Shown piece by piece: positions 10,013 to 21,083 of a stretch of 64,000 bases of DNA (position 1 is its first letter; the number at the start of each line of letters is the position of its first letter). The stretch is from Opitutales bacterium (GTDB lineage: Bacteria; Verrucomicrobiota; Verrucomicrobiia; Opitutales; PNEW01), in NCBI GenBank assembly GCA_965197745.1, contig CBDANS010000005.1:192001-256000 (forward strand), written 5' to 3'. The notes below the pieces were generated by a model. The model ran no database searches and had not been told where the DNA came from. It was given only the letters and a program-made list of their open reading frames with translations. The position numbers were made by a program, and so were the translations under genes.

Positions 10013-11500
10013 TCAGAGACTGGGTCTTCCCCAGATAGTCAGTTCCCTCGATCCCTCAGGACCACCCATGGACAAACTGGCAATAGCTCCGACAATAAAA
10101 CTTATGCCAAAACTGAATGGAAAATAATAAATGAAGTGTACCTCCAGACCGTTTATTAACCAAAGTATAGCGGGGATGTTGACAACTGTACCGACGATCC
10201 ATCCGCGTAAGGTGGCACGCTTCATTAAAATTCCCAGAAGAAAAAGACTCAAAATAGGACCGGTGAACAGGCTGGTTAAGATGCTGGCTGCTTTTAAAAT
10301 ATGCCCAATCGAGGATACGAAACAGGCAATAGTGACCGCTAAAGCACCAAGGCCGAAAGTCAGAATGCGCGCCAATTTAACATCCATGTGCTCATCGGCT
10401 TCATGGCTCCTTAACGGTTTGACAAAGTCGTTAACGATAACTGTAGACACGGAGTTAATGCCAGAATCCATACTTGACATTGCTGCTGCTAAAATGGCGG
10501 TGATAAGGAGACCCGAAACACCATTCGGCATTTGTTGAATAATATAATACGGAAGTAATTTATCACCTTCAATGCCTGCCGATAGTTGATCGGGAAAATG
10601 TTGAAAATAGGCAAGCATACCGAGCCCCAAGAAGGTCAATAAACTCACCATGATCAAAGTAATGAGCGAATTAATCCATGTCGCTTTGACCATACCAAGA
10701 AAGTTTTTAGTCGATAAAAGCCTTTGCACCGTAACCTGATCGGTTCCAAAATCCTGCAGCGCGGTGATAAAAGATGTAATAGCCAATGCGAGAAGAGACA
10801 TTTCAAAGAGATTTATTTTCCAACTGAAAACATCCAGTTTACCCGACGCATGTGCCACCTCGATAATCCCAGTCCAACCTTCGGGGACATTAAGGAGTAA
10901 GCTTAACCCTATCCAGATGGCGCCACCGACAAGAATTACAAATTGCAAAGCGTCCGTCCACACGACAGCGGAGAGCCCGCCCAGCACCGTGTAGGTTGTT
11001 GCGAGAAGCCCCATGAGGATGATAGCCAGGTATAAGTTGATATCGGTAACTACTGATAGGGCAAGGGCAGGTGAGTAGATGACAACTCCCAACCAGCTTA
11101 ACCGCTGGAGGATAAATAAGCCGGAAGCTACGTATCTTCCCAGCGGGCCATAACGCCGGCCAACGTATTCGTAAGAAGTAGTAACATTGAGTTTTCGATA
11201 AAAGGGATAAAATAATAAGATCAGGAAGGGGGCGGCAACGACATACATAACCCCCAATGCAATAAAGGAGATGTTCTCCATATAGGCCATGCCGGGAAGA
11301 GCCATATAGGAAGCGGCACTGGCAAGCGAGACATACATACTAATGGCTACGATGAACCAGGGCATCCGACGTCCGGCGAGGAAATAATCTTCAGTAGTTT
11401 TTTGTTTTTTCGCGAAACTAACCCCAATGCCAAACATGACCCCAAGATAGATAATACAAATACTGTAATTCAGGGTGCCAAATGATGATGCTTCCTGCAT
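10013..11500 (-). CDS. Sodium:solute symporter (SSS, sialic-acid/sugar-type)
   Basis: DYFLAGR, GGLSAVVWTD, DQxxVQR and AAAMSSMDSGINS motifs; about 13 TM helices. Confidence 0.92.
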   Translation of the reverse strand: MQEASSFGTLNYSICIIYLGVMFGIGVSFAKKQKTTEDYFLAGRRMPWFIVAISMYVSLASAASYMALPGMAYMENISFIALGVMYVVAAPFLILLFYPFYRKLNVTTSYEYVGRRYGPLGRYVASGLFILQRLSWLGVVIYSPALALSVVTDINLYLAIILMGLLATTYTVLGGLSAVVWTDALQFVILVGGAIWIGLSLLLNVPEGWTGIIEVAHASGKLDVFSWKINLFEMSLLALAITSFITALQDFGTDQVTVQRLLSTKNFLGMVKATWINSLITLIMVSLLTFLGLGMLAYFQHFPDQLSAGIEGDKLLPYYIIQQMPNGVSGLLITAILAAAMSSMDSGINSVSTVIVNDFVKPLRSHEADEHMDVKLARILTFGLGALAVTIACFVSSIGHILKAASILTSLFTGPILSLFLLGILMKRATLRGWIVGTVVNIPAILWLINGLEVHFIYYFPFSFGISFIVGAIASLSMGGPEGSRELTIWGRPSL

Positions 11501-11741
11501 AGGCGAAATCTAATTTTCTGATGGTAAAATAATAATAATCCACAAAGTGCTTATTTATTATAAGAATTCAAGAGGATTATTTTTGATGAAAATGAAGCTT
11601 GAACACTCATTGCAGATAAAACTTGTAGATAATGATATGATTTTAGAAATTAAGTTTATTCTAGAGAGTGAACAGCTTATGAACAAAGCAACGGATATTA
11701 TGACCTCTGTAAATTTAAAGATGAAATAAAGGATAACTTTA

Positions 11742-12539
11742 ATGGCAAAGATAAATTATGAGTATATGCTTCCACACGAAATTTTAGCTGCGCGCAATGC
11801 TAAACCGCTGGCTTATTTGCCGCTTGGGCCCATCGAATGGCATGGGGTACACAATCCAGTAGGGTTAGATGCGCTTAAAGCTAAATCGCTATGTGAACTG
11901 GCCGCTGAGAGGGGTGGGGGTATTGTCATGCCACCTCTCTGGTGGGGTGAACATCGAGAGATTCAATTGCTGGAAGCGAATCCTGCGACACGGGCATCCG
12001 CTGCGAAAAAAATGGGATTGGCGCCAGAAGATTTTACCTTCGGTTCGATGGGTGGCAGGACCGTTGAAGAGCAGGCCCATTTTTATAATGATCTTTTATT
12101 TCATATCTATCACCAATTAGCTAATTTAGGGTTTAAAGCGATTTTTGTCATGTGCGGGCATGGACCGCTTCCCTTATATGCGAATTTTACAGCTGAAGTT
12201 TTTATGCGTAAAAGCCCCGTTCGTGTTTTTGCGACGAGTGAAGCGGCGCTCGTATCTGACAAAGTCAAAGAACTTGATTGCCCAGTCGAAGATGGTGAGG
12301 AGTGGGGAGGGGATCACGCTGGGAAATGGGAGACATCTCTTCTTATGGCCCTATATCCGGATCTTGTAGATTTATCACTTCTACCCAAAGGAGAAGATGC
12401 TGAACTTATCGGCATCATGGGTGAAGATCCTCGGCAATCTAATCTGGATTTCGGGAGACGGGCCGTAGAGGCAATCATCAATGCCATGATTGATAAAAGC
12501 GATACCTTAATAGAGGAAGCAAATACCTTTCAGTCTTAG
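11742..12539 (+). CDS. Creatininase-family metallo-amidohydrolase
   Basis: GxIEWHGxH..GLD, GHG and DHAGxWETS motifs. Confidence 0.85.
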   Translation: MAKINYEYMLPHEILAARNAKPLAYLPLGPIEWHGVHNPVGLDALKAKSLCELAAERGGGIVMPPLWWGEHREIQLLEANPATRASAAKKMGLAPEDFTFGSMGGRTVEEQAHFYNDLLFHIYHQLANLGFKAIFVMCGHGPLPLYANFTAEVFMRKSPVRVFATSEAALVSDKVKELDCPVEDGEEWGGDHAGKWETSLLMALYPDLVDLSLLPKGEDAELIGIMGEDPRQSNLDFGRRAVEAIINAMIDKSDTLIEEANTFQS

Positions 12540-12658
12540 GGTCATTTCAGCTATAGCTGAGAGTCACCTTTCGCGTCTATTCTGCATTTGATTCCAGGGT
12601 TGGTCTTGCAAGAATAGGGATCTGCATTAGATTAGGGGGTCGGATTTTGTCTCTCTCT

Positions 12659-14614
12659 ATGGTGGTGAAAAAGCTTCTATCATTAATTATCTGTATCGCT
12701 TTCAGTCTCTCGCTATGGGCCGAGCCTGAGGATCTCGAGTTCTTTATCGATTTTGAAAATATTGCTGCTTCAGATGATTTCAGCATAGGTGAACCGGACA
12801 CAAGTGTCCATTTCTTTGGGTTTAAGTTGCAAACTGTAGATGATCCTAGCCTCGCCCGTTCAGGGACAAAAGCGATAACGCTGGAGGAAGGGGAAGAAGG
12901 GATTATCCAATTTGACCGAGGCATTAATCTTTTGCAGTTTTATGCAGTTGAGACCACTGGTGCAGGTCGGATCGAACTCCGAGACAAAAATGCATTTCAT
13001 TTGCATCCATTGGGCCTGGTTGTGGATCTGCCACGCAGCATTGATACGATTACGAATTCAGCTTTACAGCGCTTTGTCGCATTCAGTGGTGATATAGAGG
13101 ATCTTCAGGATCTGAACTTTACCAACGGTATTAAGGAAATAAAAATAAAAAATGTCTCGGGATTATTTGTTCTCGATGATCTCGGATTTTCCCATGTTAT
13201 TGGACCACCGAATAATACCGTGTTTGAAGATTTTGAAGTATTAACTAATAATACTATATATAAGAACCCAGAAAACTTCAAAATTGGACAATCCCCTGTT
13301 ACCGCTACTTTTACGGGTGGTATTGCAAAAAGTGTTCTCGATAGACAATCATCAAATTTAACTCCCTTTAATCATACCTATCCTGTCGCCTTAAATTTCC
13401 TCGCTGAAGCAGCATGGGTAATCCCCAATGGAAAGACGGGAACTATTATTTTTGAAACACCCGCAGCCCAGGTTCAGTTTTACGCCGCGCTTTTCATTCT
13501 CGGTGACGGGATAATTGAGGTATTCGATTCCAATGATAATTTCCTTACGAGGCGAACGGATATTCCGCGTAGTATCTCTATTGAATCGGAAGTCCCGTTT
13601 ACGTTTATCGATTTAAATGCGGAGGAATTAGGTGCTCCCGGGGGTATAGGAAAAATCACCTATACTAATACCCCGCTACAGACGCCAGCTACGGGTTTTG
13701 ATTCTATCACCATAGACGATATTGGGTTTACTCCTATCGCTCAACCGTTCCTTGGACGTGAATCGGTAGTGGAGCCCGATGATCTGATCATTGAAGGTTC
13801 AGGAGAAATTGTTGGGACTAATATCTTACACCCCAATGGGAATATTTTTGATCAGATACTGCTCTCCGGTGATCGAGTGAAAGTCCGTGCAGACGTAAAC
13901 CAGATATCACGCGTATCTTTCCTGGACGTAAACGATGATATCGTGCAGGTTGAATTTTCCGGTAGTGGTTTGATGACAGTGACAATAGACCCTGAATCTT
14001 ACAAACCTCCTTCCATACCGTTGAAATACAATCAGGAGATTAAATATGTTAAGGGGAGTCCTCGCATTATGATTGAAGGAGCTGACGCAAGTACTTTTAT
14101 CAGCATTTTTACGGTCGGCAGGATCAATGCCGTTGACCAGAGTTTATTTCCTCAAGGTGTCGAGTATGACGCCGTAGCGGATGTATCCTTGTTAGAGGTG
14201 TTCAACTCATTCAGCATGGGAGGCATTCAATGTGCCAATGCGCGTTTTACGGCAAGCAGTGGTAAGGTGGGAATTGATGCCCGCGATGTACCCATAGCAG
14301 TGCGCTTAACAGTGGGAGATATCGATGCTTTAGGTAATGCCGTCCCCTACCTGATAATTGGTGCTGATTCATTCAAGATCAGGGCGGCTAATCCTGGTTT
14401 AAGGGTAACCGGAGGGGACCTTCAGCAAAGCAATGGAGTGCCCATAATTGTGGCGCCAGGAAGCTCGATCGTGTCGGGTTTCGAGACCTTAATATCACAG
14501 AACAATTTTAAATCTGATAATACATCTCAGCCCACTCAAAATATAAGCGCTTCTTTCATCAATGAAGATGGGGAGGATGTTTTCTTTATAGTGATAGAAA
14601 CAACTGTTAATTAG
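12659..14614 (+). CDS. Secreted protein with two beta-sandwich-like repeats and a conserved C-terminal domain; paralog of 26741-28969
   Basis: Signal peptide; extensive visible identity with 26741-28969 (HPNGNxFDQILL, DIVQVEFSG, IFTVGRINAV, QNNFKSDNT). Confidence 0.75.
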   Translation: MVVKKLLSLIICIAFSLSLWAEPEDLEFFIDFENIAASDDFSIGEPDTSVHFFGFKLQTVDDPSLARSGTKAITLEEGEEGIIQFDRGINLLQFYAVETTGAGRIELRDKNAFHLHPLGLVVDLPRSIDTITNSALQRFVAFSGDIEDLQDLNFTNGIKEIKIKNVSGLFVLDDLGFSHVIGPPNNTVFEDFEVLTNNTIYKNPENFKIGQSPVTATFTGGIAKSVLDRQSSNLTPFNHTYPVALNFLAEAAWVIPNGKTGTIIFETPAAQVQFYAALFILGDGIIEVFDSNDNFLTRRTDIPRSISIESEVPFTFIDLNAEELGAPGGIGKITYTNTPLQTPATGFDSITIDDIGFTPIAQPFLGRESVVEPDDLIIEGSGEIVGTNILHPNGNIFDQILLSGDRVKVRADVNQISRVSFLDVNDDIVQVEFSGSGLMTVTIDPESYKPPSIPLKYNQEIKYVKGSPRIMIEGADASTFISIFTVGRINAVDQSLFPQGVEYDAVADVSLLEVFNSFSMGGIQCANARFTASSGKVGIDARDVPIAVRLTVGDIDALGNAVPYLIIGADSFKIRAANPGLRVTGGDLQQSNGVPIIVAPGSSIVSGFETLISQNNFKSDNTSQPTQNISASFINEDGEDVFFIVIETTVN

Positions 14615-14696
14615 ATTGATTTTAACAGGATTAACTTATCATTCCTTCCCTGATTGCGGGATCCTTTAGCCTTGAAGCAGAGTCAATACTTGATGG

Positions 14697-15158
14697 CTAT
14701 AATTCTAAAATAAATGCGTATCGATTGCCTGCGAGACGTTGAAAAAGACCCGTGCTCAGGTCGCCATCATCTATGGTGTCATCAATCTGTTGCATTTGAA
14801 TGATTCCAAGATTGCTATTTAACAGGCTGATAGCAGCTGTAATTCCAAAAACACCGACATCCCAATCCCAACTGCCTCCCACCGGGGTGGATTCCGTCCA
14901 TACCGTATTACCGAGGTAATCATTCATGCCGTTAGGAATAACCGCCGGACCAACATCAGGCGGGTAGCTTCCCTCGGTTTGGGCATATTGTTCAAATCCA
15001 CCGGTAAATACCCGCCAGTTGTTTATAAGATATTTATTTTGCGCAGATTCGCGCGTCTTCCTCAGATATGGAATGGCGATGGTCGCCAGGATCCCGATAA
15101 TAATTACCACGATCATCGTTTCCACTAAGGTAAAAGCTCTGGATTTTGGGATTCTCAT
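14697..15158 (-). CDS. Type IV pilin/pseudopilin-like protein
   Basis: Prepilin motif RA|FTLVE plus hydrophobic helix. Confidence 0.88.
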   Translation of the reverse strand: MRIPKSRAFTLVETMIVVIIIGILATIAIPYLRKTRESAQNKYLINNWRVFTGGFEQYAQTEGSYPPDVGPAVIPNGMNDYLGNTVWTESTPVGGSWDWDVGVFGITAAISLLNSNLGIIQMQQIDDTIDDGDLSTGLFQRLAGNRYAFILEL

Positions 15159-15187
15159 TCGCTCTAGGTTAAAATGTAAAATTAAAA

Positions 15188-16110
15188 TTATATAGATTTA
15201 AAATAGGCTCTGTTCCCTGTTAAATCATACCCCCCTGAGATTTTATTATTTTCATCATCCGATATAACTTTAAAATTGTATCCATTTTCAATATTCACTT
15301 CGGTCATAGATTTCCACACCAGGTATTGTTCTTCTTCACTCATGTCCTCCAAACCTTCGATTGGTAGATCTGAATAAAATCGATAGCGAGCTATTCTAAA
15401 GGGTTTTTCTTCAATCTTATTGATTTCTAAACGCTTCGCCTAGCCCAGTTTAAAAATTCTGGCTCGCTGATAGAAAACTCATATACATCAGTTAAGCGGT
15501 CTTTGTAATAAGAGATATTATTTGCCGATTTAGGCAGCCAATCAACGGAATCTACATTTTCCGCATAATCATAGTTATTATAGAAATATATATGGTATAT
15601 GATATTGCCCGAGATTATTAATACGACCACTGCGATAAGCACAAACCAATCATATTTCGGGTTGGCCACCGCTTCACGCATATCTTCAAGAACGGATGAT
15701 TTATTTTCAGGACGAGATACTTTTTTTTGTTCCAGTTTATAGGATTGAAATTGTTCAACGGGCTCGGGTAAGTCTTCATTTTCATTTTCATTTTCATTTT
15801 TATCTTCAATTTCATCTTCTTGATCTATGGCTAATCGCTCTACAAACCCGCCATTTTCAATGGCACTTTCAGCATCATATATATTAAAAAAATACCCGTT
15901 AATTTCACTCTTGTCATCCTCAGTCGCGGTATGGGCCGCGTACATCATTACGGTACTGAAGGTTTCCCCTTTAGGGACTTCATAGGGCTCTATTCTGGTC
16001 TTCTCGATATCCGACGCACTGATGTATTTTTCAGCCTTAGCCCTGCTGCTGAATGCACTTATTGCTTTATCGTTTCCGTTGGAATTCGCGATGACGATAT
16101 AAAAAGTCAT
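15188..16110 (-). pseudogene. Membrane-anchored protein, frameshifted near 15440; paralog of 16691-17194
   Basis: After ...FLNWAR the alternate frame reads KRLEINKIEEKPFRIARY...GGYDLTGNRAYFKSI*, matching the C-terminus of the paralog. Confidence 0.8.
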
Positions 16111-16199
16111 GAGTTTATGTAATTAGAACTCATATTAACTCTCTTGTCAAAAATTCTTAAGTGCAAAATGACTCACTGCGTAATGGTGATTGACAGTTA

Positions 16200-16661
16200 T
16201 TATTTATCCATAATCAAACAATACCGAGTGGCGCCGACACGCTGAAAAATGCCAAGGCTCAAATCACCATCGTCTATGACAAAATCTATGTTCTGCATCT
16301 GCAATATCCCAAGATTCGCATCGACTAAACTGACCCCCGCATTAATGCCAAATCCGTCCACATCCCAGTCCCAATTACCACCCATCGGGGTCGTTTCCTT
16401 CCAGATAGTATTACTTAAATATTCAGCCATTCCGTTAGGAACGATTCCACGATTTGCATCAGGAGGGTAATCCCCTTGTGCCTTGGCGTACTGTTCATAG
16501 GCATCAGAAAATACACGCCAATTATTTATGAGATAACTATTCTGGGCAGATTCACGAACACTTCGAAAATAAGGCACGGCGAGCGTAGCGAGTAATCCGA
16601 TTACCGCTATTAGAACCATAATTTCAACTATTGTGAACGCTTTGTGACGAGAACTGTACAT
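16200..16661 (-). CDS. Type IV pilin/pseudopilin-like protein (paralog of 14697-15158)
   Basis: KA|FTIVE motif; shares ESAQNxYLINNWRVF, WDWDV and IDDGDLS. Confidence 0.88.
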   Translation of the reverse strand: MYSSRHKAFTIVEIMVLIAVIGLLATLAVPYFRSVRESAQNSYLINNWRVFSDAYEQYAKAQGDYPPDANRGIVPNGMAEYLSNTIWKETTPMGGNWDWDVDGFGINAGVSLVDANLGILQMQNIDFVIDDGDLSLGIFQRVGATRYCLIMDK

Positions 16662-16690
16662 TTTGTCTGAACTGCGTATTTCGAATTATA

Positions 16691-17194
16691 TTATAATGAC
16701 TTATAATAAACTTTTCCCGCTTCTGCATCATAGCTTCCTGAATTATTATTTTCATTAGCATCGGGATCCCCTTCAAAGAAATAACCATTATTGATGAAAA
16801 CCTTATTTTGAGACATCCACTCCTGATAGCTTTCTGTTTCACTCAAGTTTTCATGATCGTCGTTAGGAGCATCAATGAAGAAGCTATATCTGGCCACCGC
16901 GATAGGCCCTTCTTCTATTTTTTCATACTTTAGATCCTTTTCCCTGGCCCATAATAAAAAATCAGTTTCGCCAATAGAAAATTCGTATACATAGGATTGG
17001 TCGCGTTTATAATATGAAATATTCTTAGCTGACTGGGGCAGCCAATCTACCGTTTCTAAATTTTCTGCAATTTCATATCGGTTGTAATAAAAGGTATGAT
17101 AAATTACATTGCCACCGGCTATTAATAGGATCAGCGCGACAAGAAAAATTTTTTTACAGCCAGGACTGTTCAGATATTCTGTGTTAATGTTCAT
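16691..17194 (-). CDS. Membrane-anchored hypothetical protein
   Basis: Single N-terminal TM; VDWLPxSAxNISYY motif shared with 15188-16110. Confidence 0.7.
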   Translation of the reverse strand: MNINTEYLNSPGCKKIFLVALILLIAGGNVIYHTFYYNRYEIAENLETVDWLPQSAKNISYYKRDQSYVYEFSIGETDFLLWAREKDLKYEKIEEGPIAVARYSFFIDAPNDDHENLSETESYQEWMSQNKVFINNGYFFEGDPDANENNNSGSYDAEAGKVYYKSL

Positions 17195-17728
17195 GTGCAA
17201 TAAAGTCTGATTGGGAAAAGTAGCGTATAAGATCTATTAATATAATAAATACATCCTGATTAGAAGAATTAAATACCCTAGTTGTGAATTTTTACAATTT
17301 ATTATTAAAAAAGCCAATAATTATATTATGCATTTATTTGTCAATTCATTGCATGGTGAAATGGATATTGGACCTCTATTAGAATGAAATACTCCAGAAT
17401 ATGGTGTCTTATTAAATTAAATGACAACGCTAAATGATCGGACCCCGTTATTCGAACCGTGTATATGAGAGCGTTTACGGCTATGAAACGAGTTGTCGAA
17501 TCCGCTTCGCATCATCCCGATATTATCCTTTTTGCAACAGTGATGGAAGGTCCATTCGCTCAGGTTGTAGCCTCTGCAGACTTCCTTAATCATCTTTGCA
17601 CAGTATCGCTGCGTTCTGTTCTGTTGTGTATTTCTATCTTTTCATTGTGGTTATTCTGTTTGTCCCCATAAACTCACTCAATGAATGATACATATTTTAT
17701 GGGTCACGCCAAAACCGATTAACTAATA

Positions 17729-18424
17729 ATGGAAAATATAATGAGAGTGATAACTAACAGCTTTTCACCCTGTCTATTCTCGGTATACGCACTAATCAAT
17801 AGCGCATTTTTATTGATCGTAATTCCCGGAACAGCTTCAGCTGATTTTATCAAGCCCGTTGTCACTGCAAATAGCGAATTATCTTTTGCCACTTATATGT
17901 ATGACTCAGTCCTTTCTCCCTCAAATGTGGATCTAATTACTGAAAAATGGGAATGTAAAATTGCCCAGGCATCCTTTGACCTGATTGGAGTTGATAACGA
18001 TATTAAAATTTCAGTGCGACACAAGATTGCGCCGCATTCAGGTGAGGTTGCACCTGGATCTTTAAATACGCTGTTAATTTTAAACGTTGATCGCAGGGAT
18101 GAATTGGATCCCCATAAATTTTATTTAGGGGTTCCTGTGATTGGAGACCATCAAAATGGAAGCCACAGAGATTTGATCAGGGCAAAATACGAACCCATTT
18201 ACAGCAAAAACTTTCTTTATTCGATATTTATACGGAGAGCATCAAGATTATCAATTGTTCTTGATCACGGTGAAAATGATAAGCAACCGACACCCCTCGT
18301 AACACCAACAAGTGGTTCAAGTATTATTATTGTGCGTTGGTGGCCTGTTTCCCTCACCTGTGCAGCGATTGCCGTGATCGCCATAGGGGTGTTCGTTTTA
18401 CAACGGAAAAAACGGCGAAATTAA
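17729..18424 (+). CDS. Hypothetical exported protein with C-terminal TM anchor and basic tail
   Basis: Signal-like N-terminus (..TASA|D), Pro/Thr linker, TM, then RKKRRN. Confidence 0.55.
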   Translation: MENIMRVITNSFSPCLFSVYALINSAFLLIVIPGTASADFIKPVVTANSELSFATYMYDSVLSPSNVDLITEKWECKIAQASFDLIGVDNDIKISVRHKIAPHSGEVAPGSLNTLLILNVDRRDELDPHKFYLGVPVIGDHQNGSHRDLIRAKYEPIYSKNFLYSIFIRRASRLSIVLDHGENDKQPTPLVTPTSGSSIIIVRWWPVSLTCAAIAVIAIGVFVLQRKKRRN

Positions 18425-18556
18425 TAAAGGGGGGGTGATGCGGGTTAAACGTTCGTTTTATTTTATTATAAAATCTGCTTACTATTCTTTAAAATTCTAC
18501 TCCGCATATGTCATCCAAATTATCTAACCATAAAAAATTGTTAAGTTGTTGATCAT

Positions 18557-18591
18557 TAAAATGGTGGTGGGAACAGGATTCGAACCTGTGA
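18557..18591. repeat. att direct repeat (displaced 3' end of tRNA-Tyr), left island boundary
   Basis: TAAAATGGTGGTGGGAACAGGATTCGAACCTGTGA is identical to 43920-43954. Confidence 0.95.
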
Positions 18592-18674
18592 TTACAATGC
18601 GGTGAATATTTAGTGCCGTATTCCGCTTAATTTAAGCATTTAAACAATCTACGTCATTCTTGACACTCCACGTT

Positions 18675-18694
18675 ATTGTAATATTAATTGTAAT
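18675..18694. promoter_or_regulatory. Putative integrase arm-type sites (left): 2x ATTGTAAT at 12-bp period
   Basis: 18675-18682 and 18687-18694; the same pair occurs at 43846-43865; inverted copy at 18591-18598. Confidence 0.6.
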
Positions 18695-19846
18695 ATGGCT
18701 TCGTTAAGAAAGGTTCCCAATTCTAAATATTGGATTGCCTGTTACACCGATCACACCGGTAAGCAGAGGCAGAAAAGCACCAAGGAGACAGACAGGCGAA
18801 GAGCGCAGAAGATAGCGGATAAACTCGAGTCAGCATATCAGCAAACATTAACTGAAGCCCAGGTAAGGAAATTGCTTTCTGAAGCCTATGAAGATATACA
18901 TGGCGATCGCCTATTTACTGCATCAGCAGAAGAATTTTTTTCACAGTGGCTTGAGAAAAAAGATGTAGAAACCGCACCTGCAACCTTGCGTCGCTACCAG
19001 AGCGTTATAAAAAGATTCCTAAATGCCATTGGCGAAAAACGGGATAAAGATCTCGTTTTTATCACGATCAATGATTTGACTCAATACCGTGATCATATAG
19101 CAAGAGAATTAAGTATATCGAGTGCCAATACACATTTAAAAATTATTCGGGCCGCGTTGCAGGATGCCCTGCGCCGAGGTTTGATTGAATCCAATCCTGC
19201 GGCACTAGTTCCTGTAATAAAACGCAAAAGTGGAACTGCAAACGAAAGACGGGCCTTCACCTTACCGGAGTTAAGAAAAATACTCGAAGTCGCTAATTTT
19301 GAATGGCAGGGGATCATACTTACCGGTATTTACACCGGACAGAGACTCGGTGATATAGCACGCCTGACATGGAATTCCGTGGACGTGCGCAGGGAAGAAA
19401 TAGCACTCACTACCAGTAAAACGGGCCGACGCATTATTTTGCCCATGGCAAAACTATTATTGGAGTATTACTTGTCATTACCTGCTCAGGATAATTTAGA
19501 GAGTCCTGTATTTCCGGGCGCTTTTGCAATTACGCATAAACAGGGACGCACTGGATCATTATCAAATCAATTTTATTCCATTCTTGTAAGTGCGGGGCTG
19601 GCTCCTCCACGGTCACATGATGCCTCGAGAAATGGACGTGACGGAAAACGCAAGGGCAATGCTTTATCATTCCATTGCTTAAGGCACACGGCGACAAGTT
19701 TGTTAAAAAATGCGGGGGTTTCCGAAGCAGTAGCGATGGACATCATCGGGCATGATTCTAAAGCTATCAGCGCAAATTATACCCATATAGAGGCCTCAAC
19801 TAAGCGGAAGGCCCTAAATGCTCTTCCAGATATTACAAGTCAGTAG
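18695..19846 (+). CDS. Tyrosine recombinase/phage integrase
   Basis: TGQRLGDI (R), KTG (K), FHCLRHT (HxxR), IGH and NYTH (Y) all present. Confidence 0.95.
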   Translation: MASLRKVPNSKYWIACYTDHTGKQRQKSTKETDRRRAQKIADKLESAYQQTLTEAQVRKLLSEAYEDIHGDRLFTASAEEFFSQWLEKKDVETAPATLRRYQSVIKRFLNAIGEKRDKDLVFITINDLTQYRDHIARELSISSANTHLKIIRAALQDALRRGLIESNPAALVPVIKRKSGTANERRAFTLPELRKILEVANFEWQGIILTGIYTGQRLGDIARLTWNSVDVRREEIALTTSKTGRRIILPMAKLLLEYYLSLPAQDNLESPVFPGAFAITHKQGRTGSLSNQFYSILVSAGLAPPRSHDASRNGRDGKRKGNALSFHCLRHTATSLLKNAGVSEAVAMDIIGHDSKAISANYTHIEASTKRKALNALPDITSQ

Positions 19847-19859
19847 CGTATTACTTTAC

Positions 19860-21083
19860 ATGCTAAATAAGCAAGATACCCGAGGGGAAGTTATTTCAGC
19901 TTGTCAGTTTAAATCTAAAAAAACGGGCAAACCATATTGGGCTATTGAAGTAAAATGGGAACCACTAGAACTACCAATTTTAAGAAAAGCTGAAATCCCC
20001 CTTCCAGTTCCTGAGTTAGGGAAGGTACTTCACGGTGTTCAATTTACCACTAGTTATTTAGAAATAGAAAAGCTGAATAAACCTGAAAAATTCGATCGTA
20101 TTGTTTGTAAATATCGAATAAATGAAGTCAAAATTGCTAATAACGATAATTATTGCAGAAGAAGCTTTTACATCGAGGGTGGAAAACAAAATGCTGAATT
20201 TTCTAAGGAAAAATTTAAAACTATAATAGAGGATAGCGGTGTTGATGAACTTGTGAGTAATAAATGGCAAAGGCTATTACGACGAAATATAAAAATTAAA
20301 GATAAGGACAAAGCCCAAAATATCATAAATAAAATTTACAAAAACCAGCAAAAATTTTTCATGCAATTTGATGGAGTAAAATCATTACCAGAACATGTTT
20401 TTAGAGAATTGGAGGAAGAATACCTTGAGGAACAACGAAATTTGCTTAGGCAATACTTCCCCGATATTAAACCCGAGGATTATGATACTATTATAAAGTC
20501 CATGTATGATGATGATGAACCCGAAAAACCAGAAAAACCAGAAAAACCAGAAATCTTAATTACTGAAAAGACTTTGGGGGATGGTACACCTATTACCATT
20601 AAATCTAGATCAGTTGACCATCACAGCAATCGTGAAGAAGTGGCAACAGCTTTACTTCGAAAAGAATATCCTAATTTGTTCAATGCCATGGATGGCCTAT
20701 ATAGGGCAAAAAATAAGCCTGATAAAAAGAAATGGGCAGAAAAAGCGCGCCAGGGATTTATCGTAGATTTAAAAAAAAATACTGGGATTCAACTCAGTGC
20801 AGAAGGCGAGGCAGAACTCTTACGGGACAATGCTTTCATTAATATGCTAAATGAGGCCAATGAAAAACCAGGAAAGAAGCAAAATATAGTGGCCTGGGAA
20901 ATAATTATATACTGGATAAAAAAAGGTTACTATAAAATGAAAAATCAGGATTTGGCAGCGGCTGTCTTTAAAGCTACAGGAGAAAAATTAAAAGGAACAA
21001 CGCTTGCTAAGCGTGTAGGTAGACTTGGTTTAAAAACCGCTTTAAAAAGAGGACGTCCTGAGAAAAAAGAGGAATTATTTTAA
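19860..21083 (+). CDS. Hypothetical AT-rich protein with possible C-terminal HTH
   Basis: Long ORF after the integrase; basic C-terminus ending KRGRP; start reassigned to ATG 19860. Confidence 0.6.
   Translation: MLNKQDTRGEVISACQFKSKKTGKPYWAIEVKWEPLELPILRKAEIPLPVPELGKVLHGVQFTTSYLEIEKLNKPEKFDRIVCKYRINEVKIANNDNYCRRSFYIEGGKQNAEFSKEKFKTIIEDSGVDELVSNKWQRLLRRNIKIKDKDKAQNIINKIYKNQQKFFMQFDGVKSLPEHVFRELEEEYLEEQRNLLRQYFPDIKPEDYDTIIKSMYDDDEPEKPEKPEKPEILITEKTLGDGTPITIKSRSVDHHSNREEVATALLRKEYPNLFNAMDGLYRAKNKPDKKKWAEKARQGFIVDLKKNTGIQLSAEGEAELLRDNAFINMLNEANEKPGKKQNIVAWEIIIYWIKKGYYKMKNQDLAAAVFKATGEKLKGTTLAKRVGRLGLKTALKRGRPEKKEELF

Noticed and set aside
15776..15800. (TTCATT)n microsatellite, and the 9-bp repeat near 20520-20550
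   Set aside because: In-frame coding low complexity (ENENENE; PEKPEKPEK) with unit lengths that are multiples of 3, so not a phase switch
18561..18591. Second tRNA gene
   Set aside because: Only the 3' part (T-arm and acceptor end) is present; it is the att duplicate
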